A stretch of 64,000 nt of DNA, from positions 1-64,000 of the IMG/VR virus record IMGVR_UViG_3300025853_000045; one strand, given 5' to 3'. Positions 1-11,571 of this stretch are shown here, piece by piece. The translations under genes were made by a program, and so were the position numbers. Numbering within the stretch: the stretch's first letter is position 1; the number at the start of each line of letters is the position of its first letter. A model generated the notes under the pieces. That model saw nothing but the letters and a program-made list of their open reading frames with translations, made no database searches and had not been told where the DNA came from. The DNA comes from a virus.

Positions 1-3000
1 GCGCTACGGTCTTTCCAATAAGTGTTGATGTCGTCGCGATGTGTTTCGTAATCGCTGTATCCTGTCATTTCGACTTTTGCTGTTTCGGAGTCAAACAAAT
101 TGTCGTTAGGATACAATGCGTTGTTTGGATTTTCTTGTTTGTCGAAAAACAAGTCACCTGTTGGGAACAAACACGTTTCGCCTTGTGTAATGCTTGAAGA
201 TGCTGATGATGACCAAAGTGGAGATGAGTCTGTTGGGCGCGATATAGTTGTGTCATACATAGCCTCAACATGCGGTCCTGCGTTTGATTCAGCATTGTAT
301 CGGTCGTTGTTGAATCGTTCGTTATGATACGATGTGACTGTTCCTCCTTGCTTACCCGTCGACCATTTTAATTGCAACATATCTCCGCACGTTTGTTGTC
401 CGTTGCGCGATGCTTTAGCAATAATTGGCAAATCGCCTTCATAAGAAATAACAATAAAGTGACGTTGATGCAAACCTGTGGCTTCGTGCAGGTTTGTTTT
501 AGGGTTCCATGTGTATTCTGACCCATCAACATCGTTCGCAGTAACAGTCCATTCAATCGAAGATGGTTGATGACAACCAAGACCTGCACCATACGGACTG
601 AACCCTAACATCGGATGCCAAGCACCAAGACCTGCGCTTACGCGGTTGTTGTCTGAATCAACAACGGTAAGACTGTTGAGATAGGAATAACGCTCACCAT
701 GCCAACCAACAGCACCAACCGCGCGCGTTCTATCAATTGCATCTGTTACACCGTTGAAATGCACTTGGGTTGTCGCGTAATGGTCAAATGGGCTGTTCGA
801 CATTTGACCTGACGGTGTTGCTGTTGTAGTGCGCGTCGAGGCTGTTGATGCTTGGAAACCGTTGTCCCATCGAAGATTACCTGCTTTTGACCAAACATAC
901 ACCTTATGACCCGAACCTGCGACAGCAGTAACATCACCTGTTCCTGTTGCAGTTGGCTCTTCTAAACGAGGTTGACCGCTACGATAATTGATGCCAAGAA
1001 CAAATGTGCCTTGCGCAACGTCATAATGCGAGTAGTATCCGTAGTAAGAATTTGTGCCGTTGGTCACGCGTATCCAACCGTTTTCAGGTAACGTCATTGG
1101 TAACGCTGTCCCGACCGAAACAAGACCGCTTGATAGTGCGTTTGTGTATGCACCAAGATTGCCAACGTCAATCCAACCGTATCGGTCTTGTCGTTGCGCG
1201 TCTTGGAACGATGGTAAGAAAGAACCACCCATAGCCTTGAGATTTGAGCGACCGGGATATGTATTGATTGCACAAGCAACAACAGCGGCCAACTCTTCGC
1301 TGTTTTGACATCGCGTTGCATCAATTAAAAACACATCATCAGGAACAGCGGCGTCCAAATCATGGTCATAATCAGTTAGCACTTGAGAGCCAACACGGAA
1401 CATTGTTGCGTTAAGCCCAAGTCTGTCGATGTATGACACCGCGTTATTGACTTGTTGCACCAATGTCGCGGTAACAGGATGCGGAGCATTTTTACGAACG
1501 CTGTTGTCAAACCACGAACCACCTGCTGTGTATCCACCGTCGAAGTGATAAATCAATTTGTTAATGCTAAAATTCGTAATGGCTGATGCGTGAAGAGCAG
1601 TTGCCGCATAATGTGAAAACGGGTGCGCGTATTCGTTTGAAGCAGATTGCGTTCCTGCTGTTGGTGCAAAAAAGTGACTGCTAACGTAGCGCGCTTGTGT
1701 CGACATTGTTTGATTGAATGCGCTGTTTGGCGAACCATACGACGGCTCCCAATGTCGATACGTTTCGTAAGGGAATACATTGTTTGCACCATACGCGTCT
1801 GTTGGAGGTAAGAATTGATTATTCGCGCCATTGAGCGTTCCGTTGCTTAATTCGTTTGGTAAGAAGTATCCTGATTCGTTTCCTTGATTGAACGTTGTTC
1901 CTATTACACCATCAAGCGAACAGTATTTTTTCCACGCGGCTGTCCATTTTGCTGATGGCTCTTTGGCTACGTCTATTGCAACGCCTTCTCCATACCAATG
2001 CTTCGGAACGGCTTGACCCGGACCAAATATCATGTATGCTACGCTGTTGGTTGAATCTGTGTAGCGCGCATATGGGTGTGCAAAACGAAGAACGACAGGC
2101 ACAGGCTGTGCAATTTTGACATTGGTGTAAGTTGTATTGGGAATCGTGTGTGTATTTGTGTTGCCGTCGAGGTCGGTGTTTAACACAAAGTCAGCGTTGG
2201 CGAATGGCGGAGTTGCTTCTCCGCGATGTTGGTTTGTCAAAGCAGTAGCAGGGAACATAGCATACAAAGCCGCAGTATCAAGGATAGCGTGTGACCCCAT
2301 CTTTTCACCGATGTCTTGCAATCCTGCGCTTCCTGTTGGCCCACTCGCATACGGATGCTTGTTATGTGTGCTGTAATCAACGCGAGACCCATCGTTAATG
2401 TCCATGACAACACCGCTAAAACCACCACCAAAGTAAAGAGGCACATGATGGTCAATACTGTCTTGCGCACCCCTGAAATACAACAATGGGTTGCCTCTTC
2501 GATTGGCTCGTAATCGCAATCCCTGAACTTCGTTGTCGTATTTCAGCGGTTGCATAATCAGATTTGTAGCAATGATGTCTTTGAAATCGCCTTTGCTATC
2601 GTGATGATGCCACGCAATAAGATGTTGAGCAACGTCTGTCGGCGCGTCAATTGAACTTAATGCGGCACAAAATAAGTAAGTATCTTCATTGATGTCCATT
2701 CGTCGAAACGGCGACCATGAACCATCAATTGCACCACCAAACTCGGTCGATGAGTCTTGATTGAGATTGCTACCTCCGCTGATGTGTTGTAGTTGCCACG
2801 CGTATTGGCGACCAAGAATAGCAAAATGATGTGGGTCGCGCAATTGAATTTGATAAGTGTCGTATGCAGTTCCACTTGGATAAGTCAATCCACCTGTTTG
2901 CGGGTCAATTTCATGTGTATGCGATTCAAGCGCGGGTGTAATATGGTCGCCTTCAAAACGTGTGTATTTATCACCGCGCAAATGTTTTTGCCAATCGTCG

Positions 3001-6000
3001 GTTGATACAGCGTTGTTTGTTTGATTGATAAGAATAGGCGTTGCTGTGTTTGCGTTGCTTCCTTTGTATCGCGTTGAAATTGTAAGAAGAGTTGAAGGGA
3101 GATAGCCGCAATCCAACATTAAATCATTCAAGTCTTGAGTTGTTGATGTTCCACCGTATTGTCCGCCACTTCCAAACGATACGGCAATATGTGGACTTTC
3201 TTTTGTGCTTGCGCTAATGCCCCAATCTTTTGATAGCGAAACAGAAAACATATCGCGTAATGGTGTGACGTTTTTGTTTGGATTAAATTTTGTAATCTTG
3301 ATTGCTGTTTGTGCGTTTTCACCCATAATTTCTCCGTATGTTCTTCCATCAGGAGAACGCATATGACTGCAATCGAAGTATTGGTCGTCTTCGTTTGGGT
3401 CGACTGTGAACGCATAGGCTGTTGCGGCGGCAATCAACTCGTCGCTCACAATGGTTGTTTGGTTAAGATGAGGGCTAATGATAACAGGCGCATTGTTATT
3501 GCTAACACTTGTTGGTCCGAACTTTGCCGCGCTTCCAAACCATTGCACCATGTCATCAGCGTTTACACCTTGTAAATCGTGAAACACATGCGGAGATGAT
3601 GACCCGCGACCATGATGAGTTCGACGCCCATATGAAAAAACAACACCAACGTCATTGTAAGTTGTTCCTGACGCAGGTATAGCCAACCATATCAATCCGC
3701 TGTCAGGGAATCCCATCCAACCAAGCACGTCATCAACGTCAGGAAGATGATGCCAAATGCCGTCACCATGATAACCCGCAGAACCGTCAATAACCAATTT
3801 GTTATTTGCGATTGTGCTTGATATGGTTACAGCGTATCCTGCGTTTGGTGTATGCGCGCCTCGCCATTTGTTTCCTCGCCATTGATGACTGTTCGTAGCC
3901 GTGTAAAAGAAAGGCGTTCCCTGTTCTCCATCTCCCCACATATTCGCACCAATGGTAAATCCACCCTGCGCAATATCGCGGTCATCAAAATAAATCATGG
4001 TTTCTTCATCAATCGTTGTAGGAAGAACAGTATTTTTGTTTGTAAATTCTTCACCTGCGCGACGGTAAACGTAACGAAGTATGTGTGATTTACCGCGATG
4101 GTCGACAAATTTCAAACCATACAGGTTTGCATTACCAACGACTGTATCGTTTGTTTGAGATGCAGGTGCATAGATGCTGTAAGTTCCGTAATACGATGAC
4201 GATGCTCCGATGTATTGTCCATACACTTTGACAAATCTTCCTGTTGATTTTCCGTTTTCACCAAACCCCCATTCTCCTGCATCAGGAGCAAAACCGGGAA
4301 TACCTGCCGCGACAATACCGCCAAAGTTAATGCGTGATTTAGCGCGCGTTCCTGTTTGCAATCCTTCTCGGATTGTGTATTTCTGACCTGAATTTTCAAA
4401 TGACTCCATCGAACCGCTGTTGGATGAACGACCTGTTGTTGCGCCTGTGTTTGGCGTTTCAAACCCTGCCGCTGTATTGAAATCTTCATCGTATCCAAGA
4501 TGCAAATTTGTGATAAATTCATCTGCTGTTTCATCCAATGCTACATATTCGCGCAACGTAGTAATTGGTGCAAACGGTTTGCCGTTTTTGTCAATTGGCA
4601 TTGGTGCGGGGTGCATGTTTTCACCTGCAATTTCAGGAGGGGTGCAAAAGAAATTTCTGAATCGACCACCATGACCAATCAAGAACTGCGGTTTGTATTC
4701 TGATTGTCCTTTGCTATTGTCAAGCCACACACAAAAATTACGACTTGTCGCGCCGGGAACTGTGCTGTGAATAACAATGCTAAACCCTTCATTACCATCA
4801 GCGTCTTCAACAACGCGTCCTATGTGAGCGCGAAGATAACCCATGTGAGAACCCCTGTCAAATGAAGTAAACGCGCCATCAGACCAAAATGGAGCAGGGT
4901 CGTATGTTGAACCTGTAACTGCAAAATCAGCATGATGATGGACAGCAGTAGCATCAGTTGGTTTGTCTGTGTCGTGTCCGCCTTTTGATGTTGAGCGACG
5001 ATTGACGTCGAATCGCTCTCCTTCTCCTGCGTATTGGTCAGATGGGCGACGCTGACTGCTTCGACCGTTTTTAGCACCGCCTTGATTGATAAGACGAACA
5101 ACTTCGCGAGCCGCCGCTTCAATGTCGGTCACACCTTCTTTCAATGCTATCTCGCCTAAATCAATCGACATGCGTCGAACGAAATCCATTTCTTCCCAAT
5201 GAGGAAGATGTTGCAATCTGTCTTCGTAATGAGATGTCAAATCATTATTTGTCGCGCGTTTACCTTTCATACACAAAAATGCTGATATAACGCGCGTTCC
5301 TTCGGGTGTGTCGAAAAACGTGGAACTGAATTCATAATGACCTACATCATCGTCGATGATTGCTTCGGATGTATCGTGGTCGATTGTTTCAGCATGTCGT
5401 ATCGCCGCTGAATCAATATCAATAACAGATTGTGATACGCGCCCTTGACCATATTCTGTTGACTCATCTCCAAATTTGATAGTGTGTTCTGTTTGTCGAC
5501 CATTTCGCACATACTGATTGATTGCGACACCTGATGTTGTCATGTATGCATTATCCATTAACCACCACATTTTGTGAGCATACGCGCCTTCGACAAATTG
5601 CGATTTACCTTTGTCTGATATGAGATTGTAAGAAGTGCTGTTGATTGTTTGCGCACTCGTTGTTGATTCCACAGATTTGTCTTTACGTTGCGTTTTGAAC
5701 CCTGCCGCGACGTCAAGACCTTCGATTGTTGGCGTAGCCGCGCTTGATTGCACCTGCATGTGTAAGTCGTGAAATGCAATGAACTCACGGTCGTGCGCAA
5801 CATCGTAAAGCAAAACGCGCGCGTTTTGTTCTGTGGATAAGTATGGGTCGAGGTATGCAACAATAGGTGGTGCAATGTAATCAGAATCCGTTGGGTCAGT
5901 CTCGTATCCAAGTTCGCCCCAATTTAATTCAATGGTTTTGTTTACATGTTGAACAAAGTTGCGAGCAGTCTCAATGCAAGTATCGCCAATAAGGAAATTT

Positions 6001-9000
6001 TCAAGCGGTAAAGAATCCCTTGCTTCAAGCCCCAATTCGCCTTTCCCACCATTGAACCCCCGCCACACTTCATACTCGTTTAGAACGCCTCGCGATTTAC
6101 AGAACATACCTTCTATTGCATGAGGGTTTGTATAATGCATGTTCATCCAAACAGTATCACCATAACGCAATCCGCCGGGACAGTATGGATTATTCCATGT
6201 CGCGTTTGCTATACTGTCAGCCAACTTTACAGGAAACGTCGTTGTGTTTGTCGCGTAAATGCCAAGTATTGTCAAAGTGGCTAAAGAACCTGCTGTGGTT
6301 GGTAAAAGCGGTGCTGTGCTATCAAGAACAGGATGAGGTTGAGTGTTAAGCAATTTTGTTATGGGCGTTGTTGTTGAGTTGTAAGTAATTTGATACTTAC
6401 GTCCTGTCGCTTCATTGATAGCCGCGAATGCATAATTGGTTGGTAAATGTCCTTTTGGTAAGTCGCCTTTAAATTGAAATTGTTGCAACGTTGTGTGTGT
6501 GCAGTTCACAAGTTGTATTTTCGCATTTTTCGATTTGATTCGCGGTAAGTGTGGGTTGGCTGTCGGACCTGCTTTGAATTCAACTGCGCTGACGTATTGT
6601 CGCAACCCGTAGTCAAGACCACTTCCTTGAGTCAGAACGCTACTGCGGTCGTAATAGAACGGGCGTCGATATTCTTGTCCTGATGACGGGTATCCAACAT
6701 CACCTGTCATTGGGAAGTTGATACCGTTTGGTAATTCACCGACGCGTATTTCAGAACCGGGCAAAAGAGTCGCGAAAAAGTCTTCACTTGAGTGGTTGTC
6801 GGCATCGCTTAATGTAATACTCGCACCGCCTGTCGATGTGTAATAGCACCACTCTCCGTTACCCAAAATGACTCTTCTTGCTCTTCGTGTGCTAACACCG
6901 CGAACAATCCCTACACCGTTTAAGTCAGACAAAGGTATTCGCCCTGCTCCTTCTTGAATGCGTAACACATTGGTTGTTCTGTTGTAATCTCTTACGGTGG
7001 TTCGTATTGGTAAGTTGTTTGTCAAACGATACTGATACTGACCGAATGCTTCGTAGTCATTTGCAGGATTGTTCAATGCGCGACGACCAACAGGAGATGG
7101 ATTCCATGCTTGCGCGGTCATGGTTGCATCGAAGTGCAACTTCATACTGTTGTCAGGTGATGGGAAAATACCACTTTCACGGTCTTCAAAAAATTGTTGA
7201 GGGAATAAAGGTATCTCAACAAGTGCGCGCGTGCTTGCATATTGCGTTCCAAGTTGGTAATCGTGTTGCACAGAACCAAGCGACTGAAACAATCGGTCAT
7301 TGACGGTTGTTCCATCAGAACAAATCGACGATGAATCAAACAAAGGGTCAAGCGTCAATGTGTCTCCAACAGCAATTTGACTTTGCGTAATCCAATCGCT
7401 AAACGAAAACACCTCTCTTCCGTTACCAAGAAGAAACGTATCATCTCCTGCACCCGAAGTTCCTGAAGACTGAAAATACGTTCCTGTTCTGCTTGTGTAT
7501 GCAATGCTCGCGCCGTTAGAAAGATACAATCGACCCGAAGCAGGGAAGCCGTATGTAGCCCATGATGAAAGAGAAGAGGAAGCGTTGTTCAATGCTTGAA
7601 CAGTTATGCGGTGATTGACTGTGTCGAACTCTTGAGCCTGTGTAGTATGGTCGTGACGAGTGTTCCAACCGACGCGCGACAATGTAGCAGGGTCCCACGT
7701 TGGTTTTGTGTTGATAGCACCCTGACCTGCACCACCAAGCGTAACTGATACCACAGGCGCGCCGGGTTGAATTTCTTTGACAATGTGTGAATCAGGACTA
7801 CCATCGCCTGTGTATGCAACGGTTTGGTCAGCGACGTCATCCATCAACCCCTTACCTTCCATTGTAATCGTTCGACCCATTCCTGTATCATTGATTTGCA
7901 TTGAGTTGATACGACAAACCGATTGAACAAATTCCAATGTGAAGAACGTTGGGTCGTTCGCGTCGAGTGACGTTGGCGTTGTTCGTGCCAACTGCATTGT
8001 TCGTTCGCGCTTGCTTGGTTGGACAACGATGAGATTGTTTGGTCCGTCCACATCGTTGTCGATAACATCAAACATCTCAAACGCACCACCTTTTTGTGAC
8101 GCAAACTGTTTACTTTCTTGATAGTGAATTGGTATCTCATCGACAGGAGGGTTGCTTGAACTGCGCTTTCGTGGTTGTAAATGCAACTTGTGATACACCG
8201 ATGGGTGTGGTTCTGTTCCAATCCCTTGTGGAGGCTTAGAAGGTTCATCACCTGTTGCTCGCGGAGTGTAGTTGGTTGGTATCAAAGATTCATCCAAATC
8301 CTCATCGTAGTCGATACCGCCTGTGTTGTCTCCGACCAAGTAGTGAGGCGCGAGAACAATACTTCCGTCACCACCAACATAACTTGACGGGAATTGAATA
8401 ACACCACCCGGCGCGTGAATGTTCGCGTTTGCTCCGACAGCATCAGCGATATGCGCGGCAACACGTTTACCGTTGATGAATGACCCACCATCAGGAACAG
8501 TCTTTGTAATCAACAAAGCAGGGTCACTCAATCCCATTTTACCGCCTGTAAGGTCGACAGCGTTGTAGTGAATCTCAACGTATCCTGCGGTGATGCCTGA
8601 CACTTCAAGTATGGCTACGCGCGATTCTGTTTCAGGAGTCAAGTGCTTCTTGTATGCGCTATCGTCTGTGGAGGTAACGCCGATGCCACCACCCTTCAAC
8701 AGAAACGGTCGTATGTCATCGACCGATATTGCAATGACGCCGTCGCGATGAGCGTCGATACTTGCCAAACCATTTCTTGTTATTCCTTTTGTTATTGTTT
8801 TGGTAATAATTTGAGAAAAGCGAGAATTCATAGCGGTGTGTGTGATTTCGACTTTGCTGTTGATTGGCAACTGTTCTTTGAGTCCGATGTAAGAACCCGC
8901 GAAAGATACCAATACGTCGTCTGAAATGCCGTCAATGGTTCGCGTAATGTCTTGTGTTGTAATAGGTGGTAATAGACGCAAATAAGAATGCCCTAACCTA

Positions 9001-10370
9001 TGAGTGTATTTGTGTCGCCCTGTATGTCCAATCTTGAATTTGTCGTCGATTGTCCAACTGCTCGGAGAAAAGTTGTTGCCCGTTTGCAAGTTGCGCGAAA
9101 ACATAAATCCATGAAAATCATACCCACTCTCGTCGATGACCATTGCACCTGTTCGGTCAATGGCTTGACTGCCTGTTCCTAACCGTTGGTGTGGTTTACC
9201 TGTCATGCTGTCAATAAGCAAATCGGAACGTATCAGAACCATCGTTGAATCGTTTGCAAGATTGTTTGATGAGTTAAATGCTGTGCGCGAATGAAGAACA
9301 CCTCGCGAACCTGTGTCAGGTGTTGTAGCAAAATCAAGGTGGATGCTGTCAACGGTGATTGTTCCGTTGGTGTTGATGGCCTTGAGTCTTACACGTTCGG
9401 GTGCAGTTCCGTTTGGTATGCCTGTAAGTATGTCTGTCCCTGTTGGGTTGATGAGAATGTTGAACGGTGTGTGTGCGACGCTGATAACTTGTGCGCCACC
9501 GCTGTGAGCGGCGTTGGCAACGCGATAGTTACCGAGACTCTCAAGTGTGTAGTTCGACGAAAGCGTATCACTCTTACCGCTTACAAGTTCATACAATGTT
9601 TGACATTGGTCTGCTCCGATTGTAATAGCGGTGTCTCCTGCTGTCACGTTTGATGTGATTTTAAACGCGACATCGTCAACATCAACAGGCTCTTCAAAAC
9701 GCCAAAGTCCGATGGTGCTTCCTGAACGTATGCATGGTTCAGCGCGTATAGCACTCGACGATACATCTCGCTTCCAATGAACAGATTCGATGTAGCCACG
9801 ATACTCACCACCTTGACCACCGATGAATAAATCGCGGTCGTTGATGTTGCATTCGTATCGCTTGTTCATTTTCTCGGATGCCATCAACTCTCCGTTGATA
9901 TACAACTTGACCTGATTGCCTGTGAAATGCCCTGCGATGTGATACAACTCGCGCTGTCCTGTGTTGTAATCAACGTTGTTGGCAACGAATGAATCAGCAG
10001 GGTTTGGGTAATTGATTGCGCTACGCGCAATACAACTTACGCCGTTGGTAAATGTGACAGAAAACGAAGCAGGAGCAGGAGCATCAACAGAACCCATGCG
10101 CAATTCAAACAAGCCGTCTTTGCTCGCGATAACACCACCGCAATCAGGGCTGACCCATGCTTCAAGCGAGAAACGTTCCAACGCTTGATTGACACCTAAC
10201 GCGTGTCGATGACTGTCACCGTCCTGCAATACAGAAGCAGATGAGCGCGCATCATTACCATCGAGTGTGCGTTTTTGTCCTGTCTGTGTAAAATTACCTT
10301 GCGGACAAACAACACCATCGCTGACGCCATTAAAGAACAGCGCGTGACTTGTTTGTCCGATAACTGCCAT
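1..10370 (-). CDS. Giant virion/tail-tip protein (>=3,456 aa, truncated at window edge) with N-terminal LamG/concanavalin A-like domain
   Basis: ATG at 10370, 1 nt after the upstream stop. Hand translation gives MAVIGQTSHALFFNGVSDG...FSLEAWV...YHIAGHFTGNQVKLYING...LFIGG...YRGYIESVHW...GLWRFEE, a Laminin_G_3-like pattern. The track lists no terminated ORF in this frame over 1-10370, and the frame is still open at the left edge (...TGYSDYETHRDDINTYWKDRS). Confidence 0.85.
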   Translation of the reverse strand, partial: MAVIGQTSHALFFNGVSDGVVCPQGNFTQTGQKRTLDGNDARSSASVLQDGDSHRHALGVNQALERFSLEAWVSPDCGGVIASKDGLFELRMGSVDAPAPASFSVTFTNGVSCIARSAINYPNPADSFVANNVDYNTGQRELYHIAGHFTGNQVKLYINGELMASEKMNKRYECNINDRDLFIGGQGGEYRGYIESVHWKRDVSSSAIRAEPCIRSGSTIGLWRFEEPVDVDDVAFKITSNVTAGDTAITIGADQCQTLYELVSGKSDTLSSNYTLESLGNYRVANAAHSGGAQVISVAHTPFNILINPTGTDILTGIPNGTAPERVRLKAINTNGTITVDSIHLDFATTPDTGSRGVLHSRTAFNSSNNLANDSTMVLIRSDLLIDSMTGKPHQRLGTGSQAIDRTGAMVIDESGYDFHGFMFSRNLQTGNNFSPSSWTIDDKFKIGHTGRHKYTHRLGHSYLRLLPPITTQDITRTIDGISDDVLVSFAGSYIGLKEQLPINSKVEITHTAMNSRFSQIITKTITKGITRNGLASIDAHRDGVIAISVDDIRPFLLKGGGIGVTSTDDSAYKKHLTPETESRVAILEVSGITAGYVEIHYNAVDLTGGKMGLSDPALLITKTVPDGGSFINGKRVAAHIADAVGANANIHAPGGVIQFPSSYVGGDGSIVLAPHYLVGDNTGGIDYDEDLDESLIPTNYTPRATGDEPSKPPQGIGTEPHPSVYHKLHLQPRKRSSSNPPVDEIPIHYQESKQFASQKGGAFEMFDVIDNDVDGPNNLIVVQPSKRERTMQLARTTPTSLDANDPTFFTLEFVQSVCRINSMQINDTGMGRTITMEGKGLMDDVADQTVAYTGDGSPDSHIVKEIQPGAPVVSVTLGGAGQGAINTKPTWDPATLSRVGWNTRHDHTTQAQEFDTVNHRITVQALNNASSSLSSWATYGFPASGRLYLSNGASIAYTSRTGTYFQSSGTSGAGDDTFLLGNGREVFSFSDWITQSQIAVGDTLTLDPLFDSSSICSDGTTVNDRLFQSLGSVQHDYQLGTQYASTRALVEIPLFPQQFFEDRESGIFPSPDNSMKLHFDATMTAQAWNPSPVGRRALNNPANDYEAFGQYQYRLTNNLPIRTTVRDYNRTTNVLRIQEGAGRIPLSDLNGVGIVRGVSTRRARRVILGNGEWCYYTSTGGASITLSDADNHSSEDFFATLLPGSEIRVGELPNGINFPMTGDVGYPSSGQEYRRPFYYDRSSVLTQGSGLDYGLRQYVSAVEFKAGPTANPHLPRIKSKNAKIQLVNCTHTTLQQFQFKGDLPKGHLPTNYAFAAINEATGRKYQITYNSTTTPITKLLNTQPHPVLDSTAPLLPTTAGSLATLTILGIYATNTTTFPVKLADSIANATWNNPYCPGGLRYGDTVWMNMHYTNPHAIEGMFCKSRGVLNEYEVWRGFNGGKGELGLEARDSLPLENFLIGDTCIETARNFVQHVNKTIELNWGELGYETDPTDSDYIAPPIVAYLDPYLSTEQNARVLLYDVAHDREFIAFHDLHMQVQSSAATPTIEGLDVAAGFKTQRKDKSVESTTSAQTINSTSYNLISDKGKSQFVEGAYAHKMWWLMDNAYMTTSGVAINQYVRNGRQTEHTIKFGDESTEYGQGRVSQSVIDIDSAAIRHAETIDHDTSEAIIDDDVGHYEFSSTFFDTPEGTRVISAFLCMKGKRATNNDLTSHYEDRLQHLPHWEEMDFVRRMSIDLGEIALKEGVTDIEAAAREVVRLINQGGAKNGRSSQRRPSDQYAGEGERFDVNRRSTSKGGHDTDKPTDATAVHHHADFAVTGSTYDPAPFWSDGAFTSFDRGSHMGYLRAHIGRVVEDADGNEGFSIVIHSTVPGATSRNFCVWLDNSKGQSEYKPQFLIGHGGRFRNFFCTPPEIAGENMHPAPMPIDKNGKPFAPITTLREYVALDETADEFITNLHLGYDEDFNTAAGFETPNTGATTGRSSNSGSMESFENSGQKYTIREGLQTGTRAKSRINFGGIVAAGIPGFAPDAGEWGFGENGKSTGRFVKVYGQYIGASSSYYGTYSIYAPASQTNDTVVGNANLYGLKFVDHRGKSHILRYVYRRAGEEFTNKNTVLPTTIDEETMIYFDDRDIAQGGFTIGANMWGDGEQGTPFFYTATNSHQWRGNKWRGAHTPNAGYAVTISSTIANNKLVIDGSAGYHGDGIWHHLPDVDDVLGWMGFPDSGLIWLAIPASGTTYNDVGVVFSYGRRTHHGRGSSSPHVFHDLQGVNADDMVQWFGSAAKFGPTSVSNNNAPVIISPHLNQTTIVSDELIAAATAYAFTVDPNEDDQYFDCSHMRSPDGRTYGEIMGENAQTAIKITKFNPNKNVTPLRDMFSVSLSKDWGISASTKESPHIAVSFGSGGQYGGTSTTQDLNDLMLDCGYLPSTLLTISTRYKGSNANTATPILINQTNNAVSTDDWQKHLRGDKYTRFEGDHITPALESHTHEIDPQTGGLTYPSGTAYDTYQIQLRDPHHFAILGRQYAWQLQHISGGSNLNQDSSTEFGGAIDGSWSPFRRMDINEDTYLFCAALSSIDAPTDVAQHLIAWHHHDSKGDFKDIIATNLIMQPLKYDNEVQGLRLRANRRGNPLLYFRGAQDSIDHHVPLYFGGGFSGVVMDINDGSRVDYSTHNKHPYASGPTGSAGLQDIGEKMGSHAILDTAALYAMFPATALTNQHRGEATPPFANADFVLNTDLDGNTNTHTIPNTTYTNVKIAQPVPVVLRFAHPYARYTDSTNSVAYMIFGPGQAVPKHWYGEGVAIDVAKEPSAKWTAAWKKYCSLDGVIGTTFNQGNESGYFLPNELSNGTLNGANNQFLPPTDAYGANNVFPYETYRHWEPSYGSPNSAFNQTMSTQARYVSSHFFAPTAGTQSASNEYAHPFSHYAATALHASAITNFSINKLIYHFDGGYTAGGSWFDNSVRKNAPHPVTATLVQQVNNAVSYIDRLGLNATMFRVGSQVLTDYDHDLDAAVPDDVFLIDATRCQNSEELAAVVACAINTYPGRSNLKAMGGSFLPSFQDAQRQDRYGWIDVGNLGAYTNALSSGLVSVGTALPMTLPENGWIRVTNGTNSYYGYYSHYDVAQGTFVLGINYRSGQPRLEEPTATGTGDVTAVAGSGHKVYVWSKAGNLRWDNGFQASTASTRTTTATPSGQMSNSPFDHYATTQVHFNGVTDAIDRTRAVGAVGWHGERYSYLNSLTVVDSDNNRVSAGLGAWHPMLGFSPYGAGLGCHQPSSIEWTVTANDVDGSEYTWNPKTNLHEATGLHQRHFIVISYEGDLPIIAKASRNGQQTCGDMLQLKWSTGKQGGTVTSYHNERFNNDRYNAESNAGPHVEAMYDTTISRPTDSSPLWSSSASSSITQGETCLFPTGDLFFDKQENPNNALYPNDNLFDSETAKVEMTGYSDYETHRDDINTYWKDRS

Positions 10371-10371
10371 A

Positions 10372-11571
10372 TCAAATCCCCGTCATGAAATCAATCGGCA
10401 TAAACGTCAAGTCGCCTTCATACACGTTTTCACCTGCGTTGTAACTGAACGACATCGCAACGACTGTGCCTGTTATTCCCGTCTTTGGATTGGTTGGGTC
10501 AAACACCGATGACACACTCAACGTGTTCGCTTCTGAACCTTGTTCATATGCGTTCGTTCGACCTGTCATTATCATCATGTTGCGTTCCGCGTAATCGTCG
10601 TTCGCGGATGTTGATGTGATAAGTGAGTTGTAAGGCAGTTGTAGCCCGATAATGTAGTCCGCGCTTTGTTTTGTTGCAAGACTGAAATTTGCCTCGACAA
10701 GACTGTTGGGGTCGTCAGGGTCAGATGGACCACCCAAAGCGCGACCAACAGCCCCAACACCCAACGTCGCGTTGCCAACGTATCCAATTAGGTCTTGCAA
10801 TTTATCTCCTGCGCTTTTACAGGACTTATCAAGTCCACCCGCAAATACCTCAAAGAAAGGCGTTTTGCTCGCGAACGATGTGCTAAACGAAGGTGTCTCG
10901 TTGTTTCCTGCGAAGCCTTTCTCTTTGGCTGTGAATGTCAATTTAGCATTGCCAAGCGAACTGTTGATGCCTGTTCCTGCTGTAATGGTAAAAGCGTCTG
11001 TGAAGTTCGTGCCTCCATCCGTAGTCAGTTGGTCAGTCGTAGCGGGGAGAAGAGTGTTGTCCTCAAGTGCTGTCTTAATGGCACTTGCCAATCCCGCACC
11101 TGTGGTAACACCTTGAATGCCAACAGTAATTGTTTGAGGATTGTTCACTCTTGTGTTGGATGAAGTTGTGCTATCAAAGACGATGCGAACAGGTTTAAGA
11201 GACGTCGTCGTTCCTGTATAGGCTGTTTCGATTTCAAAATACAAATTGTTCAAATCGTCCGCATCTATACCACCCGCACCATCACCGCTCATGAGAACCG
11301 CATGAGAACCGCTACTGTCCTCTTTGCGCGCGCTAAAATCAATTGAAGCAACTGCCCCCTTCTTTTCAAAAGACGACGACGCGCAGTCATCATCAGCGAG
11401 CATGACTGACAATTTGTAATCAGCCGTCACCATGTTCAGGTCGACAGAATATCGCTCACCAAAAACGGGAACAGGAAGAACAGGAACGCTTCGCGTAATG
11501 TTGAGTGAATACGACATACAGTCCAACTCAAGCAATTCACCGTCGTTGCGAACCAATCGAACCTTCGTCAT
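10372..11571 (-). CDS. Putative distal tail/baseplate hub protein (399 aa)
   Basis: Directly follows the tape measure gene with a 4-nt overlap; beta-rich and S/T/G-rich. Assigned by position. Confidence 0.5.
   Translation of the reverse strand: MTKVRLVRNDGELLELDCMSYSLNITRSVPVLPVPVFGERYSVDLNMVTADYKLSVMLADDDCASSSFEKKGAVASIDFSARKEDSSGSHAVLMSGDGAGGIDADDLNNLYFEIETAYTGTTTSLKPVRIVFDSTTSSNTRVNNPQTITVGIQGVTTGAGLASAIKTALEDNTLLPATTDQLTTDGGTNFTDAFTITAGTGINSSLGNAKLTFTAKEKGFAGNNETPSFSTSFASKTPFFEVFAGGLDKSCKSAGDKLQDLIGYVGNATLGVGAVGRALGGPSDPDDPNSLVEANFSLATKQSADYIIGLQLPYNSLITSTSANDDYAERNMMIMTGRTNAYEQGSEANTLSVSSVFDPTNPKTGITGTVVAMSFSYNAGENVYEGDLTFMPIDFMTGI

Noticed and set aside
65-9653. Dozens of short track ORFs in the first 10 kb
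   Set aside because: They are shadow frames of the single giant minus-strand ORF; I saw no coherent domains in them.
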